From positions 11,167-75,166 of the IMG/VR virus record IMGVR_UViG_3300033143_002274: a DNA stretch of 64,000 nt. One strand, 5' to 3'. Positions 1-8,818 of this stretch are shown here, one piece after another. The first letter of the stretch is position 1; each line of letters starts with the position of its first letter. Source of the DNA: a virus. The notes under the pieces were generated by a model, which ran no database searches, had not been told where the DNA came from, and was given only the letters and a program-made list of their open reading frames with translations. The translations under genes and the position numbers were made by a program.

Positions 1-229
1 CTTCTTTCAGTTCAGCAATTTCTTGAGTTACTGCTTCATTGATAAGGTCAGTCATTTTAGCTAAAATGTCTTTCTTTTCAGTTAACATTTTCTTAGCATA
101 TTCAACTTCAAGTTGACCCTTTGCTTCTGTAATTGATTCTTCTTTGAAAGAGTTGATTGCTTCTTCCAATGCCACTTTTGTGTCATCGTTTAGTAATTCA
201 CTTTCAAGTAATTTTTTAAATGCGCTCAT
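1..229 (-). CDS. gp22: Prohead core scaffold protein (T4 gp22-like), 5' part only; runs off window
   Basis: Manual translation MSAFKKLLESELLNDDTKVALEEAINSFKEESITEAKGQLEVEY...; acidic coiled coil with LxE sites, GGAG RBS, TATAAATA promoter, downstream of gp21. Confidence 0.75.
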   Translation of the reverse strand, partial: MSAFKKLLESELLNDDTKVALEEAINSFKEESITEAKGQLEVEYAKKMLTEKKDILAKMTDLINEAVTQEIAELKE

Positions 230-263
230 TTGTAATTCTCCAAAATATATTTTGTTATGTTAT

Positions 264-271
264 TATTTATA
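264..271 (-). promoter_or_regulatory. T4-type late promoter TATAAATA
   Basis: Exact consensus upstream of the gp22-like gene. Confidence 0.85.
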
Positions 272-342
272 TTACTTTAGGTTTTTGGGAGCAATGTTGT
301 ACTTAAATGACAACAAGTCACCACTTTCACCCTTACCAGCTT

Positions 343-741
343 TTATGTGAAATCCAGAATCTTTTCTAACTCAGTTGATTTAGATTTGATGTCTGCTGAC
401 AACTTGCTGATTGATTTGATTTGTTTTTCGGATGCTTCTTTTGAACTTTTGATTGTTGACATTAACTGGTCACGCTTCTTAACAAGTTTCAATATTGAAT
501 CATAAAGTGTACGCTGCTTACCTTTTGCGAATATGGTAGCTACTCCACCCATGTACACTCCGTAAAGCGCACCTGATATGATTGCCAGAGGTAATGCTCC
601 TGCTCCACCTATTGCAGTTAATGCAGCGTAAGATGTTATGGTTGCACCAATCCCCAATATAGAACCTACTATTTTGAATACTTTGGATCTGGATGCTTCA
701 TCAAGTTGTTCTTCATATTCGTTAAGTTGTTGTAACTTCAT
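343..741 (-). CDS. Putative internal head protein with Gly/Ala-rich hydrophobic hairpin
   Basis: MKLQQLNE..LDEA leader, glycine-zipper helices, basic coiled-coil tail. Confidence 0.6.
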   Translation of the reverse strand: MKLQQLNEYEEQLDEASRSKVFKIVGSILGIGATITSYAALTAIGGAGALPLAIISGALYGVYMGGVATIFAKGKQRTLYDSILKLVKKRDQLMSTIKSSKEASEKQIKSISKLSADIKSKSTELEKILDFT

Positions 742-1038
742 TTAGAATGCACCATGAAATGCTTTGAATTTGACACCCATACGTTTCTTGGCAAGATTCA
801 TCATCTTTTTCATGATGGCAGAACGACCACCCATTAATTCCGGTGGCATATGACCTAACTTGTTGTGCTTGCTTATGATAACTTCCATTCTGTTAATCAG
901 ATCTTTTACCTGACTGTCATTACCTAACATCTTAAGACCAGCAAGTATTGAACCATTATGGTCATTGTTATCAGTTAACTGAGCAATCGCCTTAATGTTC
1001 TTGTCTATGCTACCTGCTTCTATCTGACTGAGTTTCAT
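742..1038 (-). CDS. Hypothetical, putative internal head protein
   Basis: MKLSQIEA leader; ATGA-coupled to gp21. Confidence 0.6.
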   Translation of the reverse strand: MKLSQIEAGSIDKNIKAIAQLTDNNDHNGSILAGLKMLGNDSQVKDLINRMEVIISKHNKLGHMPPELMGGRSAIMKKMMNLAKKRMGVKFKAFHGAF

Positions 1039-1649
1039 TTGAATGATTTTCCGATGAACTTAATCAGTTCTTTCTCGAAAAACTTCTGTGCAGATTTGTC
1101 ATGTAGTACAGCATCAGATAAATCTTCAATGATGTATCCGCGTTTGTACATGTCGAGTGCTTCAGTGATACTTTGTGGGTATGCATTAATTGCGCTTGGA
1201 TTGGCAACGATGTCTACTGTGATGAAGTTAAACCCTTCAACGATTCCAGTGTCTTCATTAACCTGACCTGATCCACGACTTGATACTCCAAGTTGTACAC
1301 CTTCTTTGACTAAACCTTTTGCGATTTGACCTTTGGGAGTACTTTCCATGATTTGTGCTTTACCAATGGCATTGTTACCACTCATTTGCATTTCAAGGAT
1401 TTTATGAGATACTTCAGACAGACTTACAACTAAGTCTTGAGGATGGTCTAATTGACCAAGTATATGCCGCCCAGCAGTAGCAGCTTCGTTAACTTGTTTA
1501 ACTGCTTTTTCTATTTCAGGTTTGGCGTACACTCTGCCATTACGGTTTTTTTGTTCTGATTCCATAAAGATACCACTGAGGTACATCTTCTTAGATTCAG
1601 TGTTTGCTTCACAGATTATTCCGTTAAAATTTTCTTCTATTAAGATCAT
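1035..1649 (-). CDS. gp21: Prohead core protease
   Basis: GIFMESEQKNRNGRVY, GQLDHP, VSH, GVSSRGSG, VDIVANPSA motifs. Confidence 0.95.
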   Translation of the reverse strand: MILIEENFNGIICEANTESKKMYLSGIFMESEQKNRNGRVYAKPEIEKAVKQVNEAATAGRHILGQLDHPQDLVVSLSEVSHKILEMQMSGNNAIGKAQIMESTPKGQIAKGLVKEGVQLGVSSRGSGQVNEDTGIVEGFNFITVDIVANPSAINAYPQSITEALDMYKRGYIIEDLSDAVLHDKSAQKFFEKELIKFIGKSFK

Positions 1650-1654
1650 GTTAA

Positions 1655-1696
1655 ATTCCTATAAGTCTTCATTGTATTTATAAGACTTACAGGAAT
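1655..1696 (-). promoter_or_regulatory. Late promoter TATAAATA (1675-1682) inside a 15-bp stem-loop that covers the gp21 RBS
   Basis: Minus strand ATTCCTGTAAGTCTT-ataaatacaatg-AAGACTTATAGGAAT. Confidence 0.75.
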
Positions 1697-1706
1697 ATTA
1701 GAAGGA

Positions 1707-1976
1707 TTAGTCTTCTGGTGGGACTACATCATCATCTGGTGCAGGTGTTTCTGGCGTACCATTAACCACATCAGATACTGTTTTGATTACTTGATCTTGA
1801 ATGGATTGCTTAACTGCATCCATATCACCAGCTACAAATTGATCAACAATTGATAATTCTGGTTCTGGATCTGGTTCAGGGGGTAGATCGTCATCTGGTG
1901 CAGGGGTTATATCATCAAGATTATCTAAATCACCTAACAGATCGTCTTTTTTCTTATCATCTTTCTTTGGTGGCAT
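1707..1976 (-). CDS. Small acidic Pro/Asp-rich protein, probable prohead core (gp67-like position)
   Basis: AAGGAG RBS; lies between portal and protease. Confidence 0.55.
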   Translation of the reverse strand: MPPKKDDKKKDDLLGDLDNLDDITPAPDDDLPPEPDPEPELSIVDQFVAGDMDAVKQSIQDQVIKTVSDVVNGTPETPAPDDDVVPPED

Positions 1977-1988
1977 TGCGTTTCTCCT

Positions 1989-2255
1989 TTATTTTTTAAA
2001 AACTAATATGCTCCAATCCCAATAATCATTTGCTATCAGGATGCTATCTGCGTTATCAACAGATTTAATCTTATTTATAATCTTTCTTAGCACACCCACC
2101 CCACGATTTCTCCAAGGGATGATTTGCATGATGTCTCCTGTTGTTGACATAACATAGAATGATAATGAACTGTTGACTGCACCTTTGAATTTCATTTCTT
2201 TGGTTGCACCCTCATTAAGTTCTTGTCTGAGAACATTTACTTTAATGGTGAACAT
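1989..2255 (-). CDS. Hypothetical head-module protein
   Basis: Coupled ORF with ELNEG site. Confidence 0.55.
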   Translation of the reverse strand: MFTIKVNVLRQELNEGATKEMKFKGAVNSSLSFYVMSTTGDIMQIIPWRNRGVGVLRKIINKIKSVDNADSILIANDYWDWSILVFKK

Positions 2256-2743
2256 TATTTTTTAACTTTCTTTTGTAATTCAGCTATTTTCTTATCGCGT
2301 TTGGTTTTTTCTTTCTTGTAAAAATCTTCTGCTTTCTTTATCTTATCTTTAATTTTAGATTTGGCGTTATTGTCACTGGCCTTTGTTAGTTTGTTTTTTA
2401 GTTTGGTCAGTGTTTTTTTAAGCACTTCTTCTTCTGACTTATTAGTTGCTTCCAGTTTTTTAAGTTGTGCTGGATCACTCTTACCTGCACCAACCTTCCC
2501 ACCAATTACAGCACCAGCAACCCCAGTAGGACTTGCAACTGCACTAATAGCACCAGCAACCCCACCAATACCAGTACCAATACCAGTAGCAGCACCCATA
2601 GCAGCACCAATCGCACCACCAGCAGTAGCAACAGTTAGTACACCTAAACCAACACCTAATGCTATACCTGCTGCTTTAGATAATTCATCTAACTTTTCAT
2701 ATTCTTCTGTTAGCAGTTCTTCAAAGTTTTTGTTATTTTTCAT
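2255..2743 (-). CDS. Putative internal head protein with long glycine zipper and Lys-rich tail (start at MKNNKNFEELLTE)
   Basis: ATG 2743 overlaps the portal end; LTE/LDE sites; GxxxG repeats. Confidence 0.65.
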   Translation of the reverse strand: MKNNKNFEELLTEEYEKLDELSKAAGIALGVGLGVLTVATAGGAIGAAMGAATGIGTGIGGVAGAISAVASPTGVAGAVIGGKVGAGKSDPAQLKKLEATNKSEEEVLKKTLTKLKNKLTKASDNNAKSKIKDKIKKAEDFYKKEKTKRDKKIAELQKKVKK

Positions 2744-4355
2744 TAGCCGGTACACTCCCTGTACTACTAGTTTCAGCAGGTGCAGATTCTTCAGCACCAT
2801 CTTCTTCAGCCGCGCCAGCTTGTAGCGCAGTTGGAACAACATCACCAGTTTTGGTTAATTCTACTTCAATCCAATTACGTGCAGCTTCACCATCACCATA
2901 TAAAAGATTCATTCGCATTTCTTCTGGCATACCGTTTACATCTTTTTCACTTAATCCCATTTCCATCAGTTTAGAACCTTCGTTCTCAACAATTTCATCT
3001 TCTTCCATCTGTAAATATTTCTTCATTGCTTCACGTTTAGATATAGATTCCATACCTTCAGCAGATGAATATGCATTCAACAGAATGGTGTGTAATTCGT
3101 TTTGCTTATAGATAGCAAATGATTGTGGTGGTGCAATACTAAATTCTAAATCATCAGGTAATTCTGTTCCAAATTTCTTAGAGAACTTACGGAAGTTTGT
3201 AAAGATTTCTTTAGATATAAATTTCTGTAGACGTTTGACATACCCTGCATAACGTAGTTCAGCAATGTATGCTGTTCCTAATCTGCCATCATTGTTTTGT
3301 GCGCCTGATTCATTATCAGCAAAACTATCAAGGTATGATGGTGGTATACGCATTGCCAATGCAAGTTTCTTATTGAAGAATTGCATGTCTTCTATTCGTC
3401 CCAGATTATCACCGCCCGGCAATGTCTCAACACGTGATCCACGACCTTCACCAGACTGAGCAAGGAAATAATCTTCTTGTGTTGATGCAGGATTGTAATC
3501 AGATTCAACCTGACCATTAGTAACAACCTGACGTTGACGCATTTTGTTCTTAACTTTTTCAATGTATGTTTCGGCTTTGTGTGCTGGCATCTTACCAATG
3601 TCAATGTAGAATACTCTACGTTCAGGAGCACGAACAATCCTGTAGATAACAACAGCATCTTCAAGTAATTGTAATTGTTTCCATACACGATATACTTTCT
3701 CAAGTATTGATTCACCCATAGGAGCATCACATGTTTTAAGTATCATTAATTTCTTGGCAGGAATCTTTTCTAATTCTGTTGCGGCATTTGTTCTTGTTTG
3801 AGTTTTTGGTTTGAAAATTTCAGTGCCATTATCTGTCTTGTATGCACCTTCTCTGTCATATAAATAGAATTCAACTTTTTCATCGTCTTTCTTATCTAAC
3901 ATGTACCCTTTGATTCTGTCAGTCTTAAGTTTAGCTAAAGACCCATCAGCTTTTGATTCAAACAACACAATGCCATACTTCAACATTTCTCTGGCGTAAT
4001 TATAGAATTTGTAATCAAGTTGAGTTTTCTTTTCCCAGATGTCTAACGTCTTATTGATAGTTTTCAATTGAGTTTCTTTGACATCATCTTCAAATCCAAG
4101 TTCGAATAACGAATCATCATCAGCATTCTCAGATGAAATATCTTCTGCAATGATGTCAAGGGCGCGTGTGATATCGGTTGTCATGTCCATGTTACGGTAT
4201 TTGTTGATACGTTCATCCCATTGACCACCAAACTCAACTAAGTTGTTATACCAAGAGTTGTTTCCTGTGGCAGATGACGCAGCAGGACTGTATGAACCTG
4301 AAGTTTTTACACCACCAGATACCGGACGCCATGTTCTTTCGAAATATGTAGACAT
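2733..4355 (-). CDS. gp20: Portal vertex protein
   Basis: LLEDAVVIYRIVRAPERRVFYIDIG, EDYFL, GRGSRVETLPGG motifs. Confidence 0.97.
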   Translation of the reverse strand: MSTYFERTWRPVSGGVKTSGSYSPAASSATGNNSWYNNLVEFGGQWDERINKYRNMDMTTDITRALDIIAEDISSENADDDSLFELGFEDDVKETQLKTINKTLDIWEKKTQLDYKFYNYAREMLKYGIVLFESKADGSLAKLKTDRIKGYMLDKKDDEKVEFYLYDREGAYKTDNGTEIFKPKTQTRTNAATELEKIPAKKLMILKTCDAPMGESILEKVYRVWKQLQLLEDAVVIYRIVRAPERRVFYIDIGKMPAHKAETYIEKVKNKMRQRQVVTNGQVESDYNPASTQEDYFLAQSGEGRGSRVETLPGGDNLGRIEDMQFFNKKLALAMRIPPSYLDSFADNESGAQNNDGRLGTAYIAELRYAGYVKRLQKFISKEIFTNFRKFSKKFGTELPDDLEFSIAPPQSFAIYKQNELHTILLNAYSSAEGMESISKREAMKKYLQMEEDEIVENEGSKLMEMGLSEKDVNGMPEEMRMNLLYGDGEAARNWIEVELTKTGDVVPTALQAGAAEEDGAEESAPAETSSTGSVPANEK

Positions 4356-4378
4356 TAATAATTCCTATTGTTATAACT

Positions 4379-4386
4379 TATTTATC
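4379..4386 (-). promoter_or_regulatory. Late promoter GATAAATA
   Basis: TAAATA core upstream of portal. Confidence 0.7.
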
Positions 4387-5200
4387 TACGATTACTTTCG
4401 ATAGATTTGATCAAGTCATGACTGATTGCTTTGTTTGACATTGATGGATAACTGTTGACCTCAAGTACAATCAAATGGTTATCTTTAATTAGTTCATCAT
4501 GGTTCTTAATTCGTCCAATGAGTTTGGTTGCTTTACTGGCAGTGAATCCCATGATACTTTCACCCATAACCATATCGTCAATTTGACCAGCAGATACTAC
4601 TGCCACATCAACACCACTCAACCCATACCCAAGAATTTCAGTTGCCTTAATTGCAATCTCAGCAACTGCTGATCCAACTGCTGAACTTTGGGATATCTGA
4701 CTGATAGAAACATTCGCACCTGATTTCTTATAGATACCAGATACATGGTACTGACCATTCATATAATAGACGATGACCCTAAATTCAGCTTCGATGTCAA
4801 CCAAATGTTGAAAGATGTAATCTTCTGGGTTATCAGGAAGTTTGTTAATGAGTTGCCCTTGTTGTCTCATTCCGGTCTTACGTTTGGCAATCATTCTGTT
4901 GATGTCAACTTTGATGGCATCAGTGTACGTCTTAAGGGTATTCACTTTCTTTTTGAGTTTGTTGTATTGTTGTGCTTTATCAAAGTATCTGTTACCAACA
5001 AACACAACGTTGTTTGCTGGTGGTATTGTGTTCCTGCCAAATTCAATGAATACAGTATCAGGTGAATAGAATTCTTCTGGATCAAATATTTCAACTGAAC
5101 TTGATCTCTTGACCAACTTGGGTACGGTAGTCTTGAATGCACCAGTTGCTCTGTCTAATCCTTTGACGATGATTGCTTCGAATAAGTTAGTTAGTTTCAT
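4382..5200 (-). CDS. RimK-like ATP-grasp ligase with capsid-targeting-like leader
   Basis: YIFQHLV..EFRVIV, LGYGLSGVDV, LIVLEVNSYPS motifs; N-terminus MKLTNLFEA. Confidence 0.75.
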   Translation of the reverse strand: MKLTNLFEAIIVKGLDRATGAFKTTVPKLVKRSSSVEIFDPEEFYSPDTVFIEFGRNTIPPANNVVFVGNRYFDKAQQYNKLKKKVNTLKTYTDAIKVDINRMIAKRKTGMRQQGQLINKLPDNPEDYIFQHLVDIEAEFRVIVYYMNGQYHVSGIYKKSGANVSISQISQSSAVGSAVAEIAIKATEILGYGLSGVDVAVVSAGQIDDMVMGESIMGFTASKATKLIGRIKNHDELIKDNHLIVLEVNSYPSMSNKAISHDLIKSIESNRR

Positions 5201-5724
5201 TTTGGAATGATGCCATATAGTGAATGACGTTTTGCGTAATAAGTTAATTGTTTACTGGTGGGTGAATCATGTTTAGAACTTTCACTAAAATCACTGACAC
5301 CATACCATTCACTGACACCCATCTTCTTCCAGAAGGACAGTGCAGAAGGTTTAATATCAAATATCTTCAGATCACCCTTGACGGTTTTCATCAATGATTT
5401 GATAATCATCTTTCCATAACCACCCTTACGAAATTTAGGTTTCAACATGATGTTTACCAGACCATCAATCTCACCATTACTGTCTTTGACAAACACTTCA
5501 ATGAATCCACGTTCATGTTCGTTTTGTTTTTCCTGAAATTCTTCTTTGGATAATCCCTTTATGTCATATACTATATATTTCAATCTGGTATGGTCTGCAT
5601 CACTATTACCTGAACGTGTGCCACCTGCTAACAAGATGTCATCATTCTGATATGAGGTCATACCCATACCATGTTCTGCTTTTTCTAATTTGGCAATTGC
5701 CTCAAACAGTTGAACGAGAATCAT
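5197..5724 (-). CDS. GNAT N-acetyltransferase with capsid-targeting-like leader
   Basis: IMLKPKFRKGGYGKMII (acetyl-CoA motif A) and SALSFWKKMG; N-terminus MILVQLFEA. Confidence 0.8.
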   Translation of the reverse strand: MILVQLFEAIAKLEKAEHGMGMTSYQNDDILLAGGTRSGNSDADHTRLKYIVYDIKGLSKEEFQEKQNEHERGFIEVFVKDSNGEIDGLVNIMLKPKFRKGGYGKMIIKSLMKTVKGDLKIFDIKPSALSFWKKMGVSEWYGVSDFSESSKHDSPTSKQLTYYAKRHSLYGIIPK

Positions 5725-6284
5725 TAGAATTCCTTAATGACGTATTCATCAAAATATAAACTGATAATTTCTTTTGCTTCTTCACTCTTTCCAATCATCC
5801 ATACATATAATTTGTTGTTGGTGAATGGTGATTTGATATGCAGGAACAAAGTTGACTTGGAATCTCTGTCAAGTAACTTGTTAATTTTCTTGTTCTTAAC
5901 GTCTGTGGTCATGAATACTGCATCAAATGTCTTAACACGTTTCAATGCTGCTTTATATAATTTAAGGACGTTAGGTAAGCTGCTGTGTTCTTTGGCAAGC
6001 ATAAGATATCCCATTTCAGCAAGACTCGAACCTTCTTCATCTTTCAGCACCTTAAGACCAATACTTCCAACCATCTGATCAGAACCTTTGATGAACAATC
6101 CCCATAACCGTCCTCTGCTTCCCAATCTTTTGATCAGACGTGCTGGTGTTAATTTCCACATCAATGTACCTGCTTCATTATAGAAATCAGAGAACATTTG
6201 TAATCCTGCTTTGTCTGAAATCTTAATGGGACGGACTTCATATTGTTCTGATGCTTCTGTTACTATTGTTTGTTCAAATTTCAT
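5724..6284 (-). CDS. Divergent GNAT-fold protein
   Basis: QMVGSIGL..AEMGYLMLAKEH..TTDVKNKKINKLL pattern; N-terminus MKFEQTIVTEAS. Confidence 0.6.
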   Translation of the reverse strand: MKFEQTIVTEASEQYEVRPIKISDKAGLQMFSDFYNEAGTLMWKLTPARLIKRLGSRGRLWGLFIKGSDQMVGSIGLKVLKDEEGSSLAEMGYLMLAKEHSSLPNVLKLYKAALKRVKTFDAVFMTTDVKNKKINKLLDRDSKSTLFLHIKSPFTNNKLYVWMIGKSEEAKEIISLYFDEYVIKEF

Positions 6285-6589
6285 TAGTGACTGTTCCTTA
6301 TTGCGACTAATTGTGCTTTGTATCTGTCAAGCATTGCACGTTCTAATGGTGATGCTTTGCCACTGTTCACTTTAAATTGTAGTGAAAATATCTTGTTCTC
6401 AAGTTTGGTGATGCTTTTGTTTTTCTCAATTGCTTTGTAATCAGCAACATGCATGTACCTTGAATCTATTGTAATTGCTGCTTCAGCTATACCCCAGATG
6501 CCACCACTGATTGCGGTAAATGCACCTATAACCAACATAATCTTTTTCAGATTGATGTTCATTGTAAATTGTACGTTATTATCTGGCAT
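6284..6589 (-). CDS. Single-TM membrane protein with coiled coil
   Basis: IMLVIGAFTAISGGIWGIA hydrophobic segment; AAGGA RBS. Confidence 0.6.
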   Translation of the reverse strand: MPDNNVQFTMNINLKKIMLVIGAFTAISGGIWGIAEAAITIDSRYMHVADYKAIEKNKSITKLENKIFSLQFKVNSGKASPLERAMLDRYKAQLVAIRNSH

Positions 6590-6599
6590 ATCCTTATCC

Positions 6600-7379
6600 T
6601 TAATGTCTGACGTAAGCTACTAATTCTTTGCCGTTCCAACAAGTACGACATTTCTTACAGTTACCAACCGCTTTAATGGATGGTTGATTTTTTGTCTTAC
6701 TCTGTGGTACTTCTCCATCTACACTTAATGACGATGGACATATCACTACACCTTTCGGTACACCAAATTTAACCCATTGTCTAGCAGTCTTAATATCAAC
6801 AACGGTACTGCCATCACCTTTGACAAATGTGCCATCTACCTGACCAGAACTACGTCTGACCTTCACATTCTTTAATTTGTCCATCTTGTCAATGACAACT
6901 GCCAGTTTGGGTATGTCATGCGACATAGTGGGAAACCAATGAGTTACATGTTTAGTTTTCTTCATTACTTCTAATATCTTTTCAGCTAACTTAGGATGAT
7001 AAACATCACCACTGTCAAACCAACGCATCTTTCTGACTTCTTCTAACACTTCAACCATGTCATCCACCCATCCACTACGTTTCCAATCTTTTTGATTGTG
7101 TGTACGAGGATCTTTTACGTTTGGTCTTATGAAATTTCCCTTCTTTGCATAACATGATATGCATGATGGTTTTAGTTCACCTGTTGTTGGACACTTACTG
7201 CCGGGACAGGTAATCCCAGCATTCAGACTCCAAGATGGTACATTTTTTGGCATCTTAGCACCCTGTGACATTTTGATATCTTCAGATGCTTCAGTAATAA
7301 AGTCACTGTCATTCCATGATACTGGAATGTTAGTGAGTGCTTCTTGTATTTCATGTTCAATTAAATGGTCAAGTTTCAT
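6600..7379 (-). CDS. GP88-family Cys-cluster (radical-SAM-like) protein
   Basis: SWSL..GITCPG..SCISCYA, RWFDSGD, HWFPT, C-terminal CP..CKKCRTCW. Confidence 0.7.
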   Translation of the reverse strand: MKLDHLIEHEIQEALTNIPVSWNDSDFITEASEDIKMSQGAKMPKNVPSWSLNAGITCPGSKCPTTGELKPSCISCYAKKGNFIRPNVKDPRTHNQKDWKRSGWVDDMVEVLEEVRKMRWFDSGDVYHPKLAEKILEVMKKTKHVTHWFPTMSHDIPKLAVVIDKMDKLKNVKVRRSSGQVDGTFVKGDGSTVVDIKTARQWVKFGVPKGVVICPSSLSVDGEVPQSKTKNQPSIKAVGNCKKCRTCWNGKELVAYVRH

Positions 7380-7384
7380 TTAAG

Positions 7385-7399
7385 TATTTATGATAAATA
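7385..7399. promoter_or_regulatory. Back-to-back divergent late promoters (CATAAATA on -, GATAAATA on +)
   Basis: TATTTATGATAAATA, each followed by N5-ATG. Confidence 0.8.
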
Positions 7400-7404
7400 C
7401 CAAT

Positions 7405-7965
7405 ATGGCAGTAACCAGCGCACAAAGAAAGGATTGGGAACAATTATATGATGGATTCGACACAAAAGATGTGGGTGCGGGTACGATAGACCCCAACATA
7501 TATGCAACCGATTCCTATCGTAAAAAGAAAGTTAAGAAGATTATGATTGGGGGTCTGAACCGTATCGTTTATGGTGGTGCAGAACATGACAACAATCCAT
7601 TGGCACTAACTATCTTTTACAATCCTAAGTATGGTGCTGTTCTTTCCTATAATCTTGATTATGCTCCTAAGAAAGTCCGTAAGGCAATGATTGATTTTGT
7701 GATTAAGTCTAATATCAAACGAATCAAGAAAGGCCAGCCGATGATCATAGATTATTACACCCTGAAGAAAGCAATCCCTGTATCAACAAAGATTGTAAGA
7801 TTGTACAAAATACAATTGATTAGGGTAGTTGAAACATTCCCATTGAACAGTTGGGGTACTGCTATTGGTCAAAAATCATCTTGGCAGAATCACTATAAGA
7901 AGTCTTCTGGCAACGATTCTTCAATCAAGAAATTTATAAAATCAGTGAAGGGATTCTTCAGTTAA
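7405..7965 (+). CDS. gp2: DNA end protector protein (gp2-like)
   Basis: DNNPLAL..YNLDYAP..R..RLY..W..AI pattern of gp2 family; start refined to 7405. Confidence 0.6.
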   Translation: MAVTSAQRKDWEQLYDGFDTKDVGAGTIDPNIYATDSYRKKKVKKIMIGGLNRIVYGGAEHDNNPLALTIFYNPKYGAVLSYNLDYAPKKVRKAMIDFVIKSNIKRIKKGQPMIIDYYTLKKAIPVSTKIVRLYKIQLIRVVETFPLNSWGTAIGQKSSWQNHYKKSSGNDSSIKKFIKSVKGFFS

Positions 7966-8297
7966 TAAGAATCACGTTTCTCAAAATCATTCTCTTTAAG
8001 AAGTGTAGTCAAATCTTGTCCGTCTGTTAGTTCAACAGAGGCAATGTAACGTCCGTACTTACCTGTTTTAGATGTTCTGATGATAATGTAAGTATCTAAC
8101 ATCAATGCTGTCACAAACGCTTTAGCGGCGTTACCATGAGTACGTTCAGCTTCATTTGTTGGTCTGTATGATTCAGGTGTGTCTATATCAGCTAATCTTA
8201 GCTTGGTTGTGATAGTCATTTGAAAACCAACATCAATTTCACATTCAAACGTATCACCATCTAAAATTCTTATAACTTTCGCTTTGTATGTATACAT
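7962..8297 (-). CDS. Thermonuclease (SNase-like) family protein
   Basis: RILDGDT, LRLADIDTPE, GKYGRYIA. Confidence 0.9.
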   Translation of the reverse strand: MYTYKAKVIRILDGDTFECEIDVGFQMTITTKLRLADIDTPESYRPTNEAERTHGNAAKAFVTALMLDTYIIIRTSKTGKYGRYIASVELTDGQDLTTLLKENDFEKRDSY

Positions 8298-8305
8298 GGT
8301 TGTAT

Positions 8306-8818
8306 TTATATGAAATCAAACGTAACGTTATCCTTACCTAACAACCCAATATTGTTATACTCGTAATCGTACCCTTCTTTTGTTAAGTACCGTGACAAGT
8401 TACCTGAATCAGTCTCCGCAGCCCTTACGTCTATACCTTCATCACTAAATGGTCGGTACTTCTTACCACCAATCCCAGTATGCCAAACTTTAGCAAAAGC
8501 CTTATGAGTAATAGCATTTATGACTTCATCCGTTCTTTTAAGGTTAGTATCGTTTACAACCAAAATATGAAAATGTGGCGCACCTGATTTATGTCTTTCT
8601 AATACAACAACACCTTTCATATAATTAATCTTATGTTTGGTGAAGCTATTACGATATAACATTCTATTACAATTGTATAACGCATGATTTAACTTATCCA
8701 AACATACCTTATCACTAAACTTATACTTAAATGTAACTGTGATCATTCTAACTACATCTAAATTATTCATAAACTCTATATAACTATTCTTTAACTTTAA
8801 CTTATCTTCTTTAAACAT
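8306..8818 (-). CDS. HUH endonuclease / rolling-circle Rep-like protein
   Basis: Motif I ITVTF, motif II ERHKSGAPHFHIL, motif III YLTK. Confidence 0.8.
   Translation of the reverse strand: MFKEDKLKLKNSYIEFMNNLDVVRMITVTFKYKFSDKVCLDKLNHALYNCNRMLYRNSFTKHKINYMKGVVVLERHKSGAPHFHILVVNDTNLKRTDEVINAITHKAFAKVWHTGIGGKKYRPFSDEGIDVRAAETDSGNLSRYLTKEGYDYEYNNIGLLGKDNVTFDFI

Noticed and set aside
1707-6284. Graspetide (microviridin-like) RiPP cluster from ATP-grasp + GNAT + acidic peptide
   Set aside because: No recognisable leader/core precursor; the acidic ORF fits a prohead core position; the ligase looks RimK-like
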